The notes beneath the pieces were generated by a model. That model was not told the origin of the DNA. It worked only from the letters and a program-made list of their open reading frames with translations, and did no database searches. From Myxococcales bacterium (GTDB lineage Bacteria; Myxococcota_A; Bradymonadia; UBA7976; UBA1532), in assembly GCA_020633435.1 (NCBI GenBank), contig JACKDP010000002.1, forward strand, positions 695,788 to 759,787: DNA of 64,000 nt, written 5' to 3'. A program made the position numbers and the translations under genes. Shown here piece by piece: positions 10,470 through 20,152 of the stretch (its first letter is position 1; every line of letters starts with the position of its first letter).

Positions 10470-12317
10470 CTAGAACTCCATCCGGATCTGCTCCTGCCGC
10501 CCCGCCGTCAGCGAGACGGTCGCGGTGCGGACGCGGTTGGTGGCGTCGCTCACCGTGATGGCGAGGTGGTGGCTCTGGGTGGTCATGGGGACGCGGATGT
10601 CCTTGTTGACGTGGCCGAGCAGCGTGCCGTCGCTGCGCAGCACCACCGCCTCGACGTTGGAGGCCACCCGCAGGTAGGCGGGCTTCCAGCGGCACCGGTG
10701 GTAGACCGTGGGCGACCGCGTCGCGTCGGCGGCGATGGCCACCGTGTGCACGTCCACCTCGCACGCGGGGCTGCGGAACTCGACCTGGTACTTGCGGCCG
10801 GTCTGCAGGGCGAGGCCGCCGCGGCTCTCCAGCAGCGCGATGAAGCCCTGGGAGACGCCATCCACGAAGACCTCGGCCGCCTTCAGCTCGCCCCCGACGG
10901 CCACCGTGATGGGGCGCGACGCCACCTCCGGCACCGCGGCGTCCACCCGGACCACCGGGCGACGCACGACGACCGGCCGGCGCACCCGGGCGTCGGGCCG
11001 GCCGGCGTCGGGGACGCCCGCGTCCTCGGGGGGTGGCGGCGGCGGGCGGGACGCCATGCTGGGCGGGGCGGCCGTCGGCGGCGCCGCGGTCACGGGCGCC
11101 GCCGGCACCGGGCTGACGGGGGCCACGGCGCGGGCCGCGGCGACCAGGCCACCGACGGCGGGGGCCAGGGGCGGGCCGAAGAGGCCGGCGCGCTGGGCCA
11201 GGAGCACCCCCGCCCCGACGACCAGGCCCAGGAAGACCGCCGCCGCCAGCAGCCGGACGGCGCGCCCCTGGCGCTGGCCCCGCTCGATGCGGCGCAGCAG
11301 CGACCGCGCCGTCTCCTGGTGCTCGTCCAGCGTCAGGACGCGATCGAGGTAGTCGAGGGCCCGCCCCGTCTGCCGATCCGCCCAGGCGCGCTCGGCCAGC
11401 GCCAGGTAGGCCGGCACCAGCCGGGCCGGCAGCCGATCCTGGAAGATCTCGGGATCCTTGAGGAAAGCGACGAGCTCGGCCCCGGCGTCCGTGAGGCCCG
11501 CCTCGTCCAGCAGGCCGCGCAGCGCCTCCGCGACGGCCCCGGCCGTGGGCGGTCGATCCTCGGGATCGTGGGCCATGCAGCGCTCGATGAGGCGGGCGAT
11601 GGCCCGACCCGCCTGGGGGCGGCGGGTGAGGACGGGATCGAAGCGGCACTCCGCGATGCGGCGGAAGAGCGCGGCCGGGTTCGGCCCGGCGAAGGGCAGC
11701 ACGCCGCAGACCAGCCAGTACAGCACGGTGCCCAGGCTGAAGAGATCGGACCGGGCCGAGATCTCCTCGCCCTCCACCACCTCGGGGGCCATGTGCGCGG
11801 GCGAGCCGAGCATCGTGCCGGTGGCCGTGAGCGTCTCCTGATCCACCATCTGCGCGATGCCGAAGTCCATCAGCACCGGCGTCCCGTCCGGGCGCAGCAT
11901 GATGTTCTCGGGCTTCACGTCGCGGTGGACGATGCCCGCGGCGTGGGCGTGCTGCAGGGCCTCCAGCACCGGCACCATCAGCAGCGCGGCGGCCTCGGCG
12001 TGCCGGATGGGGTGCTCGTCCACGAACTGCCGCAGCGTCGGCCCGTCGATGTACTCGGTGACGATGTACGCCTGCTCGCTATCGCTCGGGGCGTAGTCGT
12101 ACACTTCGACGATGTTCGGGTGCTGCAGCCGGGCGACGGCCTTCGCCTCCCGCGTGAAGCGGGCGCGGCTCTCATCCCGGTCGGCCAGGTGCGGGTGCAG
12201 GACCTTGACGGCGACGGGCCGTTCGAGCGCAGGATCACGGGCTCGATACACGACGGACATCCCGCCGCGGCCGAGCTCGGCCTGTACCTCATATCGACCG
12301 AAGCGCTTGTCCGCCAT
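10470..12317 (-). CDS. Hanks-type serine/threonine protein kinase with a C-terminal TM segment and extracytoplasmic domain
   Basis: GRGGMSVVY glycine loop, VAVK, HRDVKPENIML catalytic loop, DFGIA, APE motif. Pro-rich linker followed by a hydrophobic segment. Confidence 0.9.
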   Translation of the reverse strand: MADKRFGRYEVQAELGRGGMSVVYRARDPALERPVAVKVLHPHLADRDESRARFTREAKAVARLQHPNIVEVYDYAPSDSEQAYIVTEYIDGPTLRQFVDEHPIRHAEAAALLMVPVLEALQHAHAAGIVHRDVKPENIMLRPDGTPVLMDFGIAQMVDQETLTATGTMLGSPAHMAPEVVEGEEISARSDLFSLGTVLYWLVCGVLPFAGPNPAALFRRIAECRFDPVLTRRPQAGRAIARLIERCMAHDPEDRPPTAGAVAEALRGLLDEAGLTDAGAELVAFLKDPEIFQDRLPARLVPAYLALAERAWADRQTGRALDYLDRVLTLDEHQETARSLLRRIERGQRQGRAVRLLAAAVFLGLVVGAGVLLAQRAGLFGPPLAPAVGGLVAAARAVAPVSPVPAAPVTAAPPTAAPPSMASRPPPPPPEDAGVPDAGRPDARVRRPVVVRRPVVRVDAAVPEVASRPITVAVGGELKAAEVFVDGVSQGFIALLESRGGLALQTGRKYQVEFRSPACEVDVHTVAIAADATRSPTVYHRCRWKPAYLRVASNVEAVVLRSDGTLLGHVNKDIRVPMTTQSHHLAITVSDATNRVRTATVSLTAGRQEQIRMEF

Positions 12318-12364
12318 GCCGAAAACGAGTCTACGCGCGCGAGCGCCGAAGCGGTAGGTGCAAG

Positions 12365-13258
12365 GTGTTGCACTCCCCCGTGGCGGGCGTCGCGGCCGGC
12401 GGCCCCGGCCTGACGCTGGTGGACGCCGTGGCCCGTGAGCGCGCCGGGGGCGTCGAGCGGTACGGCGCCTGGCTGCAGGCGGCCCTCGCGGCCCGCGACC
12501 TCACCGGCGGGCCCACGTTCGCCCTCAAGGCCCGCTCCGGCGCCGAGATCGTCCGGACCGGCGATGGCGTGAGCGCCGCGTGGGTCGCCGCGACGGGTCG
12601 GTCTGCCTGGCGCTGGCGACGCCACGTCGCCCGGGAGCGCGCCGCCGTCCTCGCCGCCCGGCGGGTCATCGCCCTCTCCCCCATGGTCGCCGCCGAGCTC
12701 GCCGCCCACTACGGCCGCGCCGACGCGACCGTCCTGCTCAACCCCCTGCTCGGCCCGCCGCCGCCGCCCAGCCCGGTCACGGCCGGCGCCCTCGTCTTCG
12801 TGGGCCACGGCTTCCACCGCAAGGGCCTGGACGCGTGGCTCGCGGCGCTCGCGGCGCTGCCCGACCGCGCCGGCCACGTCGTCGGCGACGACGCCCACCC
12901 CGGCCGCTGGCGGCGCCTGGCTCGACGCCACAACCTGCTGGATCGCTTGACGTTTCACGGCGCCGTCGACGCCGGCCCCCTCATCGCCGGGGCGGCCGTC
13001 CTGGTCCACCCGGCCCGCTACGAGCCCTACGGCAACGTCGTGGCGGAGGCCGTCGCCGCGGGGGTGCCCGCCGTCGCCAGCGCGGCCACCGGCGCGGCCT
13101 GCCTGCTGCACCCCGACCACGTCTGGCCACCGACGACGGGCGTCGACGGCCTGCTCGATCGCGTGCGCCTCGCGCTGGCCGCCCCCCGCCCCCCGCGCCA
13201 GACGCCGCCCTCGGCCGACGACCACCTGGACGCCTTGCTGGCCGTGGCGCGCCGATGA
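12365..13258 (+). CDS. family 1/GT4-type glycosyltransferase (LPS-core type), possibly N-terminally incomplete
   Basis: C-terminal GT1 signature: VFVGHGFHRKGLD...LVHPARYEPYGNVVAEAVAAGVPAV. GTG start at 12365. Confidence 0.65.
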   Translation: MLHSPVAGVAAGGPGLTLVDAVARERAGGVERYGAWLQAALAARDLTGGPTFALKARSGAEIVRTGDGVSAAWVAATGRSAWRWRRHVARERAAVLAARRVIALSPMVAAELAAHYGRADATVLLNPLLGPPPPPSPVTAGALVFVGHGFHRKGLDAWLAALAALPDRAGHVVGDDAHPGRWRRLARRHNLLDRLTFHGAVDAGPLIAGAAVLVHPARYEPYGNVVAEAVAAGVPAVASAATGAACLLHPDHVWPPTTGVDGLLDRVRLALAAPRPPRQTPPSADDHLDALLAVARR

Positions 13259-14235
13259 GGGCCGTGGTCATCAGCACCGCCTTCCTGGGCGACGTGATCT
13301 TCACGGCCCCCCTGGTGGACAACCTGCTGGCCGCGGGCTTCGCCGTCGACCTGGTGGCCCGACCGGGGTACGGCGAGCTGCTGGCCACGCGCCCGGGGGT
13401 GACGCCCCTGCCCTTCGACAAGCGCGGCGCCGACGCCGGCCTCGCCGGGCTGCTGCGCCTGGGCGCCCGGCTGCGCGCCCGCCGACCCGGGCTCGTCCTG
13501 GGCGCCCACCCCTCCACCCGCAGCGGCCTCCTCGCGGCCCTCACCGGCGCCCCGCGGCGCCTGGGCTGGGGCCCGGTCGGCTACCACCAGCGGGTCCCGC
13601 GCGGCCCGCGCTTCGTCGAGGACGCCCGGGCGCTGGGCGTCGCGGCGGGCATCCCCGACGTCGTGGCGCGGCCCGGTCGACGTCCTGGGCCCGCCGCCCC
13701 GGGGCTGCCCGCCGGCGCCCCCATCGCCCTCGTCCCGGGCAGCCGCGTCGCGACGAAGCGGTGGCCGACCGCCCACTGGCGGACCCTCGCCGCCGGCCTC
13801 CGCGCCGCTGGCCACCCGGTCTGCTGGCTGGGCGGCCCCGGCGAGGCCGGCCTGGCCGCCGACGACGGCCCCGGCGTCTTCGACGCGACGCTGCCCGCGA
13901 CCGCCGCGCTCCTGGCCCGCTGCGCCGCCGCCGTCGGGGGCGACTCGGGGCTCCTGCACCTGGCCCGCGCGGTGGGCACGCCCGTCGTCATGCTCTTCGG
14001 GCCGACCGGCAGCGCCCCCCACCCTGCCGACCCCGGACGCCTGGACGTGGAGCGCGCCGACCTGCCCTGCCGGCCCTGCTCGCCCCACGGCCCCCCCCGC
14101 TGCCCGCTCGGCCACCACGCCTGCCTCGCGGAGGTGCTTCCCGCGACGGTGCTCGCTGCGGTAGAAACGGTGCTGCACACGCCCGACCGGCTCGGGCGCA
14201 CGGAGGTGGGATGGCCGACGGCAAGCAGATCCTGA
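13255..14235 (+). CDS. GT9-family glycosyltransferase (ADP-heptose:LPS heptosyltransferase-like)
   Basis: MRAVVISTAFLGDVIFTAPLVDNL...IALVPGSRVATKRWP...GGDSGLLHLARAVGTPVVMLFGPT, typical of RfaF/RfaC-type enzymes. ATGA overlap with the upstream gene. Confidence 0.8.
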   Translation: MRAVVISTAFLGDVIFTAPLVDNLLAAGFAVDLVARPGYGELLATRPGVTPLPFDKRGADAGLAGLLRLGARLRARRPGLVLGAHPSTRSGLLAALTGAPRRLGWGPVGYHQRVPRGPRFVEDARALGVAAGIPDVVARPGRRPGPAAPGLPAGAPIALVPGSRVATKRWPTAHWRTLAAGLRAAGHPVCWLGGPGEAGLAADDGPGVFDATLPATAALLARCAAAVGGDSGLLHLARAVGTPVVMLFGPTGSAPHPADPGRLDVERADLPCRPCSPHGPPRCPLGHHACLAEVLPATVLAAVETVLHTPDRLGRTEVGWPTASRS

Positions 14236-14606
14236 TCATCGAGGACGACGCCAGCGTCCGGCAGCTCGTGAGCCGCCTGCTCACCAAGTCGGGCTACGCC
14301 TGCACCACGGCGACGGACGGCCTCGACGGCCTGCGCGCCCTTGAGGTGGCCATCCCCGATCTGATCATCCTCGACGTGCTGATGCCGGAGCTGGACGGGC
14401 TCACGTTCGTGAAAGCCCTGAAAACTCAAAGGGATACGAAGCCCATCCCGGTCATCTTCCTGACGGCGAAGAGCGATCCGCTGTCGATGATCGAGGGCAT
14501 CAACGTGGGGGCGAAGTTCTACGTGACCAAGCCCTTCCAGTCCGAGGACCTGCTGGCCAAGGTCAACAAGGTGCTGGGCGAGCGGGCGGGCCACCGCCTC
14601 GGCTGA
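14211..14606 (+). CDS. single-domain response regulator (CheY-like receiver)
   Basis: MADGKQILIIEDDASVRQL...DLIILDVLMPELDG...TAKSD...K. Conserved DD, D and K residues. 131 aa. The start overlaps the end of the heptosyltransferase ORF by about 25 nt. Confidence 0.85.
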   Translation: MADGKQILIIEDDASVRQLVSRLLTKSGYACTTATDGLDGLRALEVAIPDLIILDVLMPELDGLTFVKALKTQRDTKPIPVIFLTAKSDPLSMIEGINVGAKFYVTKPFQSEDLLAKVNKVLGERAGHRLG

Positions 14607-14615
14607 TCGCCCGCG

Positions 14616-15773
14616 CTAGGGCGATGGCGCGGGGGCCGCCGGGCCGGGGGCCGTCGGGACGGGCACCACGGGCCGCACGAAGATGACCTCCACGCGCCGG
14701 TTGCGCGCGCGTCCCTCCCGGCTGCCGTTGTCGGCGATGGGCTCCTGATCCCCCTTCCCCACGGGCGTGATGCGGTCGGCGGCCACCCCGGCGGCCTGGA
14801 GCGCGGCGCTCACGACGTGGGCCCGCTTGTCGCTCAGGGCCAGGTTCTGGGCGGCGCGGCCCCGGTTGTCGGAGTGGCCCTCGATGACCAGCCGGAAGCG
14901 CGGGTGGCTGCGAGCCAGGTCGGCGAGGCGCTGCACCGGGCCGGGATCGGTGAGCGTCTCGGCCGCCGGCACGAAGAGCTCGCGCATCGAGATCACCAGG
15001 CCGCGCTGCTCGATGCGGGCGTCCGCGTGGCCGATGCGCGCCGACTCGTCCAGCAGCGCCCGCAGCTCGGCGTCGAGGTCGCGCTGGGTGGCCTCGGCCT
15101 CCCACGCCGGGCGCGCCGCCGACACCGCCGCGCCGGCGTCCGCCAGGGCCACGCTGGCCGCCTGGCTGGCCTCGGCGTAGCGGCCCTGGTTGAAGGCGTC
15201 GAAGGCGTTGGAGAGGCTCTGGCGCGCCCGGTTCAGGGGGCCGGGCGCGTGGCGGGCGGCGTCCAGCTCCTCGGCCTGCTGCAGCATCGCGGCGGCCTGC
15301 TCCACCCGCGTCTGGGCCTCGTTGGCGCGCCGCTCCTGGTGGGCCGTGCGCACGGCCTCCTCGAGCTTCTTCTGCATGGCCCGCGTGCGCTCGATGCGCT
15401 CGATGGCCCGCTCGGCGGCCTCCAGGCGCGCCGCCAACACCTGGGCCTCCTCCTGGGTCTGGGCCTGCCGCCGTGCAGCCGCGGTGGCCGCGTCGCGCAG
15501 ATCCTTGGTGTGGCTGTGGGCCTCCGCCGTGCGCCAGAGGATGCGGGCGAGGCGCGTGTGGTGGAGCGACAGGGTGTCGTCCCCGTCGCGATGCGCCTTC
15601 TGGGCCGCCAGGAAGTGGCGATCGCTCTCGGCCAGCAGCGTCGGCTCGCGGTCCCGCAGCGTCGCGGCGTAGTCGGCGCGCCGGGCGTGGTCGAAGGCCA
15701 CCAGCTCCACCGGGGGCGGCTGCGGGCTGCAGGCGCCGAGGGCCAGCAGCGCGGCGAGGAGCGGCCGCCTCAT
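14616..15773 (-). CDS. OmpA/MotB-family lipoprotein with a coiled-coil N-terminal region
   Basis: Lipobox LALGAC. C-terminal OmpA-like peptidoglycan-binding domain (LVIEGHSDNRG...NLALSDKRA...NRRVEVIFV). Confidence 0.85.
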   Translation of the reverse strand: MRRPLLAALLALGACSPQPPPVELVAFDHARRADYAATLRDREPTLLAESDRHFLAAQKAHRDGDDTLSLHHTRLARILWRTAEAHSHTKDLRDAATAAARRQAQTQEEAQVLAARLEAAERAIERIERTRAMQKKLEEAVRTAHQERRANEAQTRVEQAAAMLQQAEELDAARHAPGPLNRARQSLSNAFDAFNQGRYAEASQAASVALADAGAAVSAARPAWEAEATQRDLDAELRALLDESARIGHADARIEQRGLVISMRELFVPAAETLTDPGPVQRLADLARSHPRFRLVIEGHSDNRGRAAQNLALSDKRAHVVSAALQAAGVAADRITPVGKGDQEPIADNGSREGRARNRRVEVIFVRPVVPVPTAPGPAAPAPSP

Positions 15774-16216
15774 GGCGTGGTGCCCGGCGCCACGGGGGCC
15801 TCTTGCAGCTCGAGCTGCCGCAGCATCCGCTCGCGCTCTTCGGCCTTGCGGCGGATGGCCTGGACGTCGCGCTCCGCGCCGTCCGCCTCGTTGCGGGCCG
15901 CCCGCTCCGCCACGTCGGCCCGCCGGCGGTCGACCAGGGCCTCCACCAGCGCCGCCTGCGCCCGCACGCGATCCAGGCTGCGCGCGACGGCGTCGGCCTC
16001 GCCCGCGTCGAGCAGCCCCTGGGCCTCGGCGATCCAGGCCCGGAGGGTGCCCACCTCGTCGGCGATGGCGTCCCCCTCCACCAGCTTCTCGAGCTCGGCG
16101 GCCCGCAGGGTGTACTGGCCGATCTCCTCGCGCGGCGAGGCCGCGGCCACGGAGGCGGCCAGCAGCGCGGCCAGGAGCGCCGCGCCGAGGCGGCCGCGGG
16201 GTGCGCGTGCCACCAC
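15770..16216 (-). CDS. secreted coiled-coil protein, DUF4398-like (OmpA-partner type)
   Basis: Signal peptide plus Ala/Glu-rich helical repeat. GTG start with a GGAGG Shine-Dalgarno sequence. Four-nucleotide overlap with the OmpA-family gene. Confidence 0.55.
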   Translation of the reverse strand: MVARAPRGRLGAALLAALLAASVAAASPREEIGQYTLRAAELEKLVEGDAIADEVGTLRAWIAEAQGLLDAGEADAVARSLDRVRAQAALVEALVDRRRADVAERAARNEADGAERDVQAIRRKAEERERMLRQLELQEAPVAPGTTP

Positions 16217-16217
16217 G

Positions 16218-18449
16218 TCAGGCCTCCGTCGGCCGCTCCTTCAGCAGGAACGAGATGGCCTCGGTGATCGAGGCGCGGTCGTGGCCATGCTCCGTCTCGA
16301 GCCGGCGCAGGGTGTCGACGGCGCGCTGCCGCGCCTCGGGCTCCAGCCGCTCCCCGCCGTCCAGCAGCACGACCAGGATGTCTCGCTTCACGAGGTCGGC
16401 CTGGCGCCGCTTCTCCTCGTAGAAGGAGTCGTTCAGCCGGGTGATGCGGTCGGCGAAGATCTCGCCGAAGTCGAGGGCCGCGTCGGGATTCTCCATGCGC
16501 CACGCGGCGATGCGGTGCATGATCCCCGTGCGGAAGTCCTCGGCGTCCTTGCCCTCGGCCCCCAGCCTCGCCTCGAGATCGGCCATGAACCGGGTGTCGG
16601 CCTCCTCGTACTGGCCGGTCATCGGGTTCAGGCGCTTCTCCCGCCGGACGGCGTGCGTCACATGGTCGATGTAGCGCGTGAAGAGCTCCCCGGTGGCCAC
16701 ATCGTCCACCAGGCCCATGGCCCGGAAGAGCTCCTCCTCCAGCCGATCCAGGTACCAGTCCTTCACCGCGGCGATGAACTTCTCAGGCTGGTAGTAGGGG
16801 CCGTCGGGCTTCAGGCGCAGGAACTCGTAGACGGACTTCTGCCGGCACAGATCCCGCAGCTCGTCGAAGAGGCTCACGGGCGAGAGGCAGGCATGCCCCG
16901 TCCGGCGAGCGGCCCCCAGCAGGACGGCCTGGATCTCCCGCGCGCTGGCGCCGTAGCGGCCCTCGTACTCCTCCGCGGCCCGGTGCTCCCGGAAGAGATC
17001 CGGCAGGTTGGCCACCAGGGCGTTGGCGGTGTCGCGGGGCAGGCCCTTGGGCGCCACGCCACGGGCGTAGAGCTCGGCCTTCTCGATGGGCGAGAGCTTG
17101 CCGTACGCCTTGCGCAGATCCGTGTCCATGCCCTCGGTGGCTGGCCGGGCCAGCCGCGTGAGCACGGCCCAGAGGGCGGCGACGGCCTCGGTGTGCGGCG
17201 CCACCGTCGTCAGCAGACGGCTCTCGCGGAGCTGCTCGGCGTACAGCGCCTGCTCGACCCGGTAGTCCGTCTGGTAGGGCACCTGGACGAGCTCGATGCG
17301 GCCCTTGAAGCTCGCGAAGTCCGGGATCTCCTGAAAAGCCTGCAAATGCCCGGCGTTGCAGCTGCCAATCAGGATGGCGTCCATGTAGAGCGTCATCGTG
17401 TCGAGGCGGACGGTGCCGTTCTCGCAGGTGGACAGCAGGTACTTGAAGGCCTCGATGGGCCGCTTGAGCAGGTCGTTGAACTCGACCACCCCGCGGTTGC
17501 CATCGACGAGATCCCCCATGGGCTCGAAGAGCGTGACGTTGTGCAGGCTCGGCGGCAGCGAGGCGAGGCTGCGGTCCGCGGTGACCTGCCGCACCGTCGC
17601 GTCCGCCCGGAGCTGGGGATCGATGGTGACGGCCGCCTGCCGGTACCGGCGCGAGATGGTGAACCGCTCCACCTGGACGTGCTTGAGCACCTCCGCCAGG
17701 TCGCCGCGGTAGGCCCGCAGCAGGGCGTCATGGATCTGGCGCGCCTTCGGGGAGAGCTCCCCCTCGGTCAGGCTCTTGGGCAGCGCGGCCCCCGGCCCCA
17801 GCAGCGAGCGCAGCAGGTCGATGCGGGCGGCGCGCGGCAGCAGCAGCAGCGGGTGATCCCGCGTCTCGGTGCGCAGCCGGGCGTCCACCTCGCCCTCGGC
17901 CAGGTGGGCGAAGCTGTCGAGGGCGTCCAGGGCGCGGCGGCCGCCGAACCCGATGTTGCCCCGCTCCATCCGCGCAGACGGGAAGACCCAGTTGAAGGTG
18001 TACAGCGCCCCCTCGGGCTGCAGGCTGTAGTCCTCCAGGCCGCGCATGATGCAGGCGATCATGCTCGACTTGGCGCTGCCGTTGGGGCCGTGCAGCAAGA
18101 TGAGCTTGTTCACCCGCCCGGCCCGCACGAAGTCGGTGAGCAGGCCATAGATGGCCGCCTGCACCGGCTCGTGGCCCACCAGCCGATCGCGCCCGCCGTC
18201 AAACGGGGCGTCGAACAGGTGGTAGCGGGTGAAGGTGCCGTAGGGCCGCTTCACCACCGACGTGCCGTAGTAGTCGAAGGCGTCGCGGATGTAGCGGGCG
18301 GCGTCCCGCGCCTGGGCGGCGGGATCGGCGGCGACGACCGCGAGGTACTCGGCGAAGCTGAGGAGCGACTTGTGGGCGACGAAGCGCTCACGGGTCCGCT
18401 CGACGACGTCGCCGAGCAGAGCGCGCGGATCGGGCGTAGGCTCGGTCAC
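16218..18449 (-). CDS. prkA: PrkA-family AAA+ serine protein kinase
   Basis: N-terminal region characteristic of PrkA/YeaG (ERFVAHKSLLSFAEYL...ILLHGPNGSAKSS Walker A). Length 743 aa. High similarity across the whole length. Confidence 0.9.
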   Translation of the reverse strand: MTEPTPDPRALLGDVVERTRERFVAHKSLLSFAEYLAVVAADPAAQARDAARYIRDAFDYYGTSVVKRPYGTFTRYHLFDAPFDGGRDRLVGHEPVQAAIYGLLTDFVRAGRVNKLILLHGPNGSAKSSMIACIMRGLEDYSLQPEGALYTFNWVFPSARMERGNIGFGGRRALDALDSFAHLAEGEVDARLRTETRDHPLLLLPRAARIDLLRSLLGPGAALPKSLTEGELSPKARQIHDALLRAYRGDLAEVLKHVQVERFTISRRYRQAAVTIDPQLRADATVRQVTADRSLASLPPSLHNVTLFEPMGDLVDGNRGVVEFNDLLKRPIEAFKYLLSTCENGTVRLDTMTLYMDAILIGSCNAGHLQAFQEIPDFASFKGRIELVQVPYQTDYRVEQALYAEQLRESRLLTTVAPHTEAVAALWAVLTRLARPATEGMDTDLRKAYGKLSPIEKAELYARGVAPKGLPRDTANALVANLPDLFREHRAAEEYEGRYGASAREIQAVLLGAARRTGHACLSPVSLFDELRDLCRQKSVYEFLRLKPDGPYYQPEKFIAAVKDWYLDRLEEELFRAMGLVDDVATGELFTRYIDHVTHAVRREKRLNPMTGQYEEADTRFMADLEARLGAEGKDAEDFRTGIMHRIAAWRMENPDAALDFGEIFADRITRLNDSFYEEKRRQADLVKRDILVVLLDGGERLEPEARQRAVDTLRRLETEHGHDRASITEAISFLLKERPTEA

Positions 18450-18486
18450 GGGGGCTGCCCCTGGTCAGGGTGGCGGGTCCGGGGGG

Positions 18487-18972
18487 CTACTTGACCTCGA
18501 CGGCCCAGGCCACCTTCTCGTCGCGAATCAGCTTGCAGGTCCGGTCGTTGCACACGCTGAAGCTGGCCGCGCCGGCCAGATCCACCTTGCCCGCAGCGTC
18601 GGCCTTGAAGGGCACGGAGAAGCGCAGGGCCTCCTGGGTGACCTCGGCGTCCTCGGGGCCCAGCTCGGCCTTGGCGAGGGTGCCGCCGGTGCAGCTCAGG
18701 TCCTTCACGCGCGACGGGAACTCGGCGTTCATGTGGAAGCCGGGGGCCGCGGTGACCTCGATGATGCTCTTGGCGTCCTCGCCGGCCTTGGCCTCGGCGG
18801 GGAGCACGCGCACGGTGTACTCGGCGGCGGCGGGGGCCTCCGAGGCGGGGGCGGCGGCGGCCGAAGCCGGGGCCGCCGCGGACGCGGGGGCGGCCGCGGG
18901 ATCAGCGACGCTCTGGCCACAGGCGAAGGCCGAGGCGACACAGGCGAGCACGGTCAGGACGGGGCGCTTCAT
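18487..18972 (-). CDS. hypothetical lipoprotein
   Basis: MKRPVLTVLACVASAFAC lipoprotein signal. Ala-rich linker. Approximately 160 aa. Confidence 0.5.
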   Translation of the reverse strand: MKRPVLTVLACVASAFACGQSVADPAAAPASAAAPASAAAAPASEAPAAAEYTVRVLPAEAKAGEDAKSIIEVTAAPGFHMNAEFPSRVKDLSCTGGTLAKAELGPEDAEVTQEALRFSVPFKADAAGKVDLAGAASFSVCNDRTCKLIRDEKVAWAVEVK

Positions 18973-19068
18973 GGGGAACCTCATGGCGTCGGTCGACGGT
19001 CCGGGTTTAGCACCCGGGTCCGGCGAATGCAATCGGCGGCCCGGCGCCCCGCATTCCCGGGGGCCGCG

Positions 19069-19359
19069 TCAGACGAGCCCTGCGCAGGCCAGCAGGAAGT
19101 ACAGCACGAAGCAGGCGACGGTGGCCGTGGGCAGGGCCAGGCCCACGACCAGCAGCGTCGCCAGCCAGGCGGGCGCCCGGCGGGCCGCCGCCGCCGCCAG
19201 CCAGGCGGCCGCCCCCGCCCCCGCCGCGCCGTAGAGGCCGAGGCCGACGTAGGCGGTCGGCAGGTCCGTCGCCGGTTCGGGCGTGGCCCCGGGTCCGAAG
19301 CTGCCTGTCCAGAGGGTCGGCAGGGCCAGGGCCGCGATGACCTGCACCACCACCACCAC
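19069..19359 (-). CDS. possible small two-TM membrane protein
   Basis: Hydrophobic 96-aa tail (VIAALALPTLW...LLVVGLALPTATVACFVLYFLL) reading through the downstream end of the 19383-20066 gene in another frame. The start codon is uncertain. Confidence 0.25.
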   Translation of the reverse strand: MVVVVQVIAALALPTLWTGSFGPGATPEPATDLPTAYVGLGLYGAAGAGAAAWLAAAAARRAPAWLATLLVVGLALPTATVACFVLYFLLACAGLV

Positions 19360-19382
19360 GACCGCCGGCGGGAGGAGGGCTC

Positions 19383-20066
19383 TCACCGCAGGCTCAGCGC
19401 CGCGTCGCCGAGGAGCTCGGCGCGCGTCTCGGCGACCGGATCGAGGCCGTCGGGCAGGAAGCCCGCGATGGGGCCCAGCCGGTTCGCCGCCTGGGCGTTC
19501 GCCGCGACGACGGCCTCGGCCAGCGTCCGGCCCTCCGACCAGCGCCGCAGGAAATACACGAAGAAGATCGGGGAGATGGACAAGCGCCCCCGGTGGCCGA
19601 CGAAGGCCTGGGCGCCGAGCTCCAGCCAGCGCTCGCCGAAGACGGCGTCGGCGCAGCCGGTGCTGTACACCAGCCGCAGGTGGCGCCGGAGGCTCGGATC
19701 GATCTGCCGGAAGACGTGGGGCAGCGTGCGCCCGCCATGCACCGCGAGGAAGACGTCCACCGCCTCGTAGCGCCGCAGCAGGTCCTCCGTCGCGCGGACG
19801 AGCCGGTCGCGATCCGCGGGCGTGCGCTCCGTGACGTAGGCGACCTCGGCGTAGACGCCGCGCAGCAGCGGGAGGGTGTAGAGCTGGGTGCCCCACTGGA
19901 AGAACGGGATCTCGTGATCGCGCCAGGCCACGGCGGCGCGGCCCGCCTTCGGCCCCGCCCCTGGCCCCAGGGCGCGCGGCCGGTCGCCGACGACCAGCAC
20001 GACCGTCCAGCTCAGCAGGAAGAGCAGGCCGACGACGACGCGGGGCGCCCGGGGACGGTCGATCAT
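19383..20066 (-). CDS. hypothetical membrane-anchored protein (N-terminal TM)
   Basis: MIDRPRAPRVVVGLLFLLSWTVVLVV TM segment followed by a 200-aa globular domain. No low-complexity sequence. Confidence 0.5.
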   Translation of the reverse strand: MIDRPRAPRVVVGLLFLLSWTVVLVVGDRPRALGPGAGPKAGRAAVAWRDHEIPFFQWGTQLYTLPLLRGVYAEVAYVTERTPADRDRLVRATEDLLRRYEAVDVFLAVHGGRTLPHVFRQIDPSLRRHLRLVYSTGCADAVFGERWLELGAQAFVGHRGRLSISPIFFVYFLRRWSEGRTLAEAVVAANAQAANRLGPIAGFLPDGLDPVAETRAELLGDAALSLR

Positions 20067-20152
20067 GGCGGCGACCGTAGCACCGGGGGTGACGCGCCGG
20101 TAGATCCCCGCCCGCCGCCCGACTACGCTGCCGGGCCTCTGCGGGAGGCGGC

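Noticed and set aside
10566-12413. 615-aa plus-strand ORF opposite the Ser/Thr kinase
   Set aside because: Mirror ORF of the kinase gene. The kinase motifs are on the minus strand.
14817-18494. 1225-aa plus-strand ORF spanning the OmpA/DUF4398/PrkA region
   Set aside because: Antisense of three well-supported minus-strand genes. It lacks any domain signature and is a high-GC open-frame artefact.
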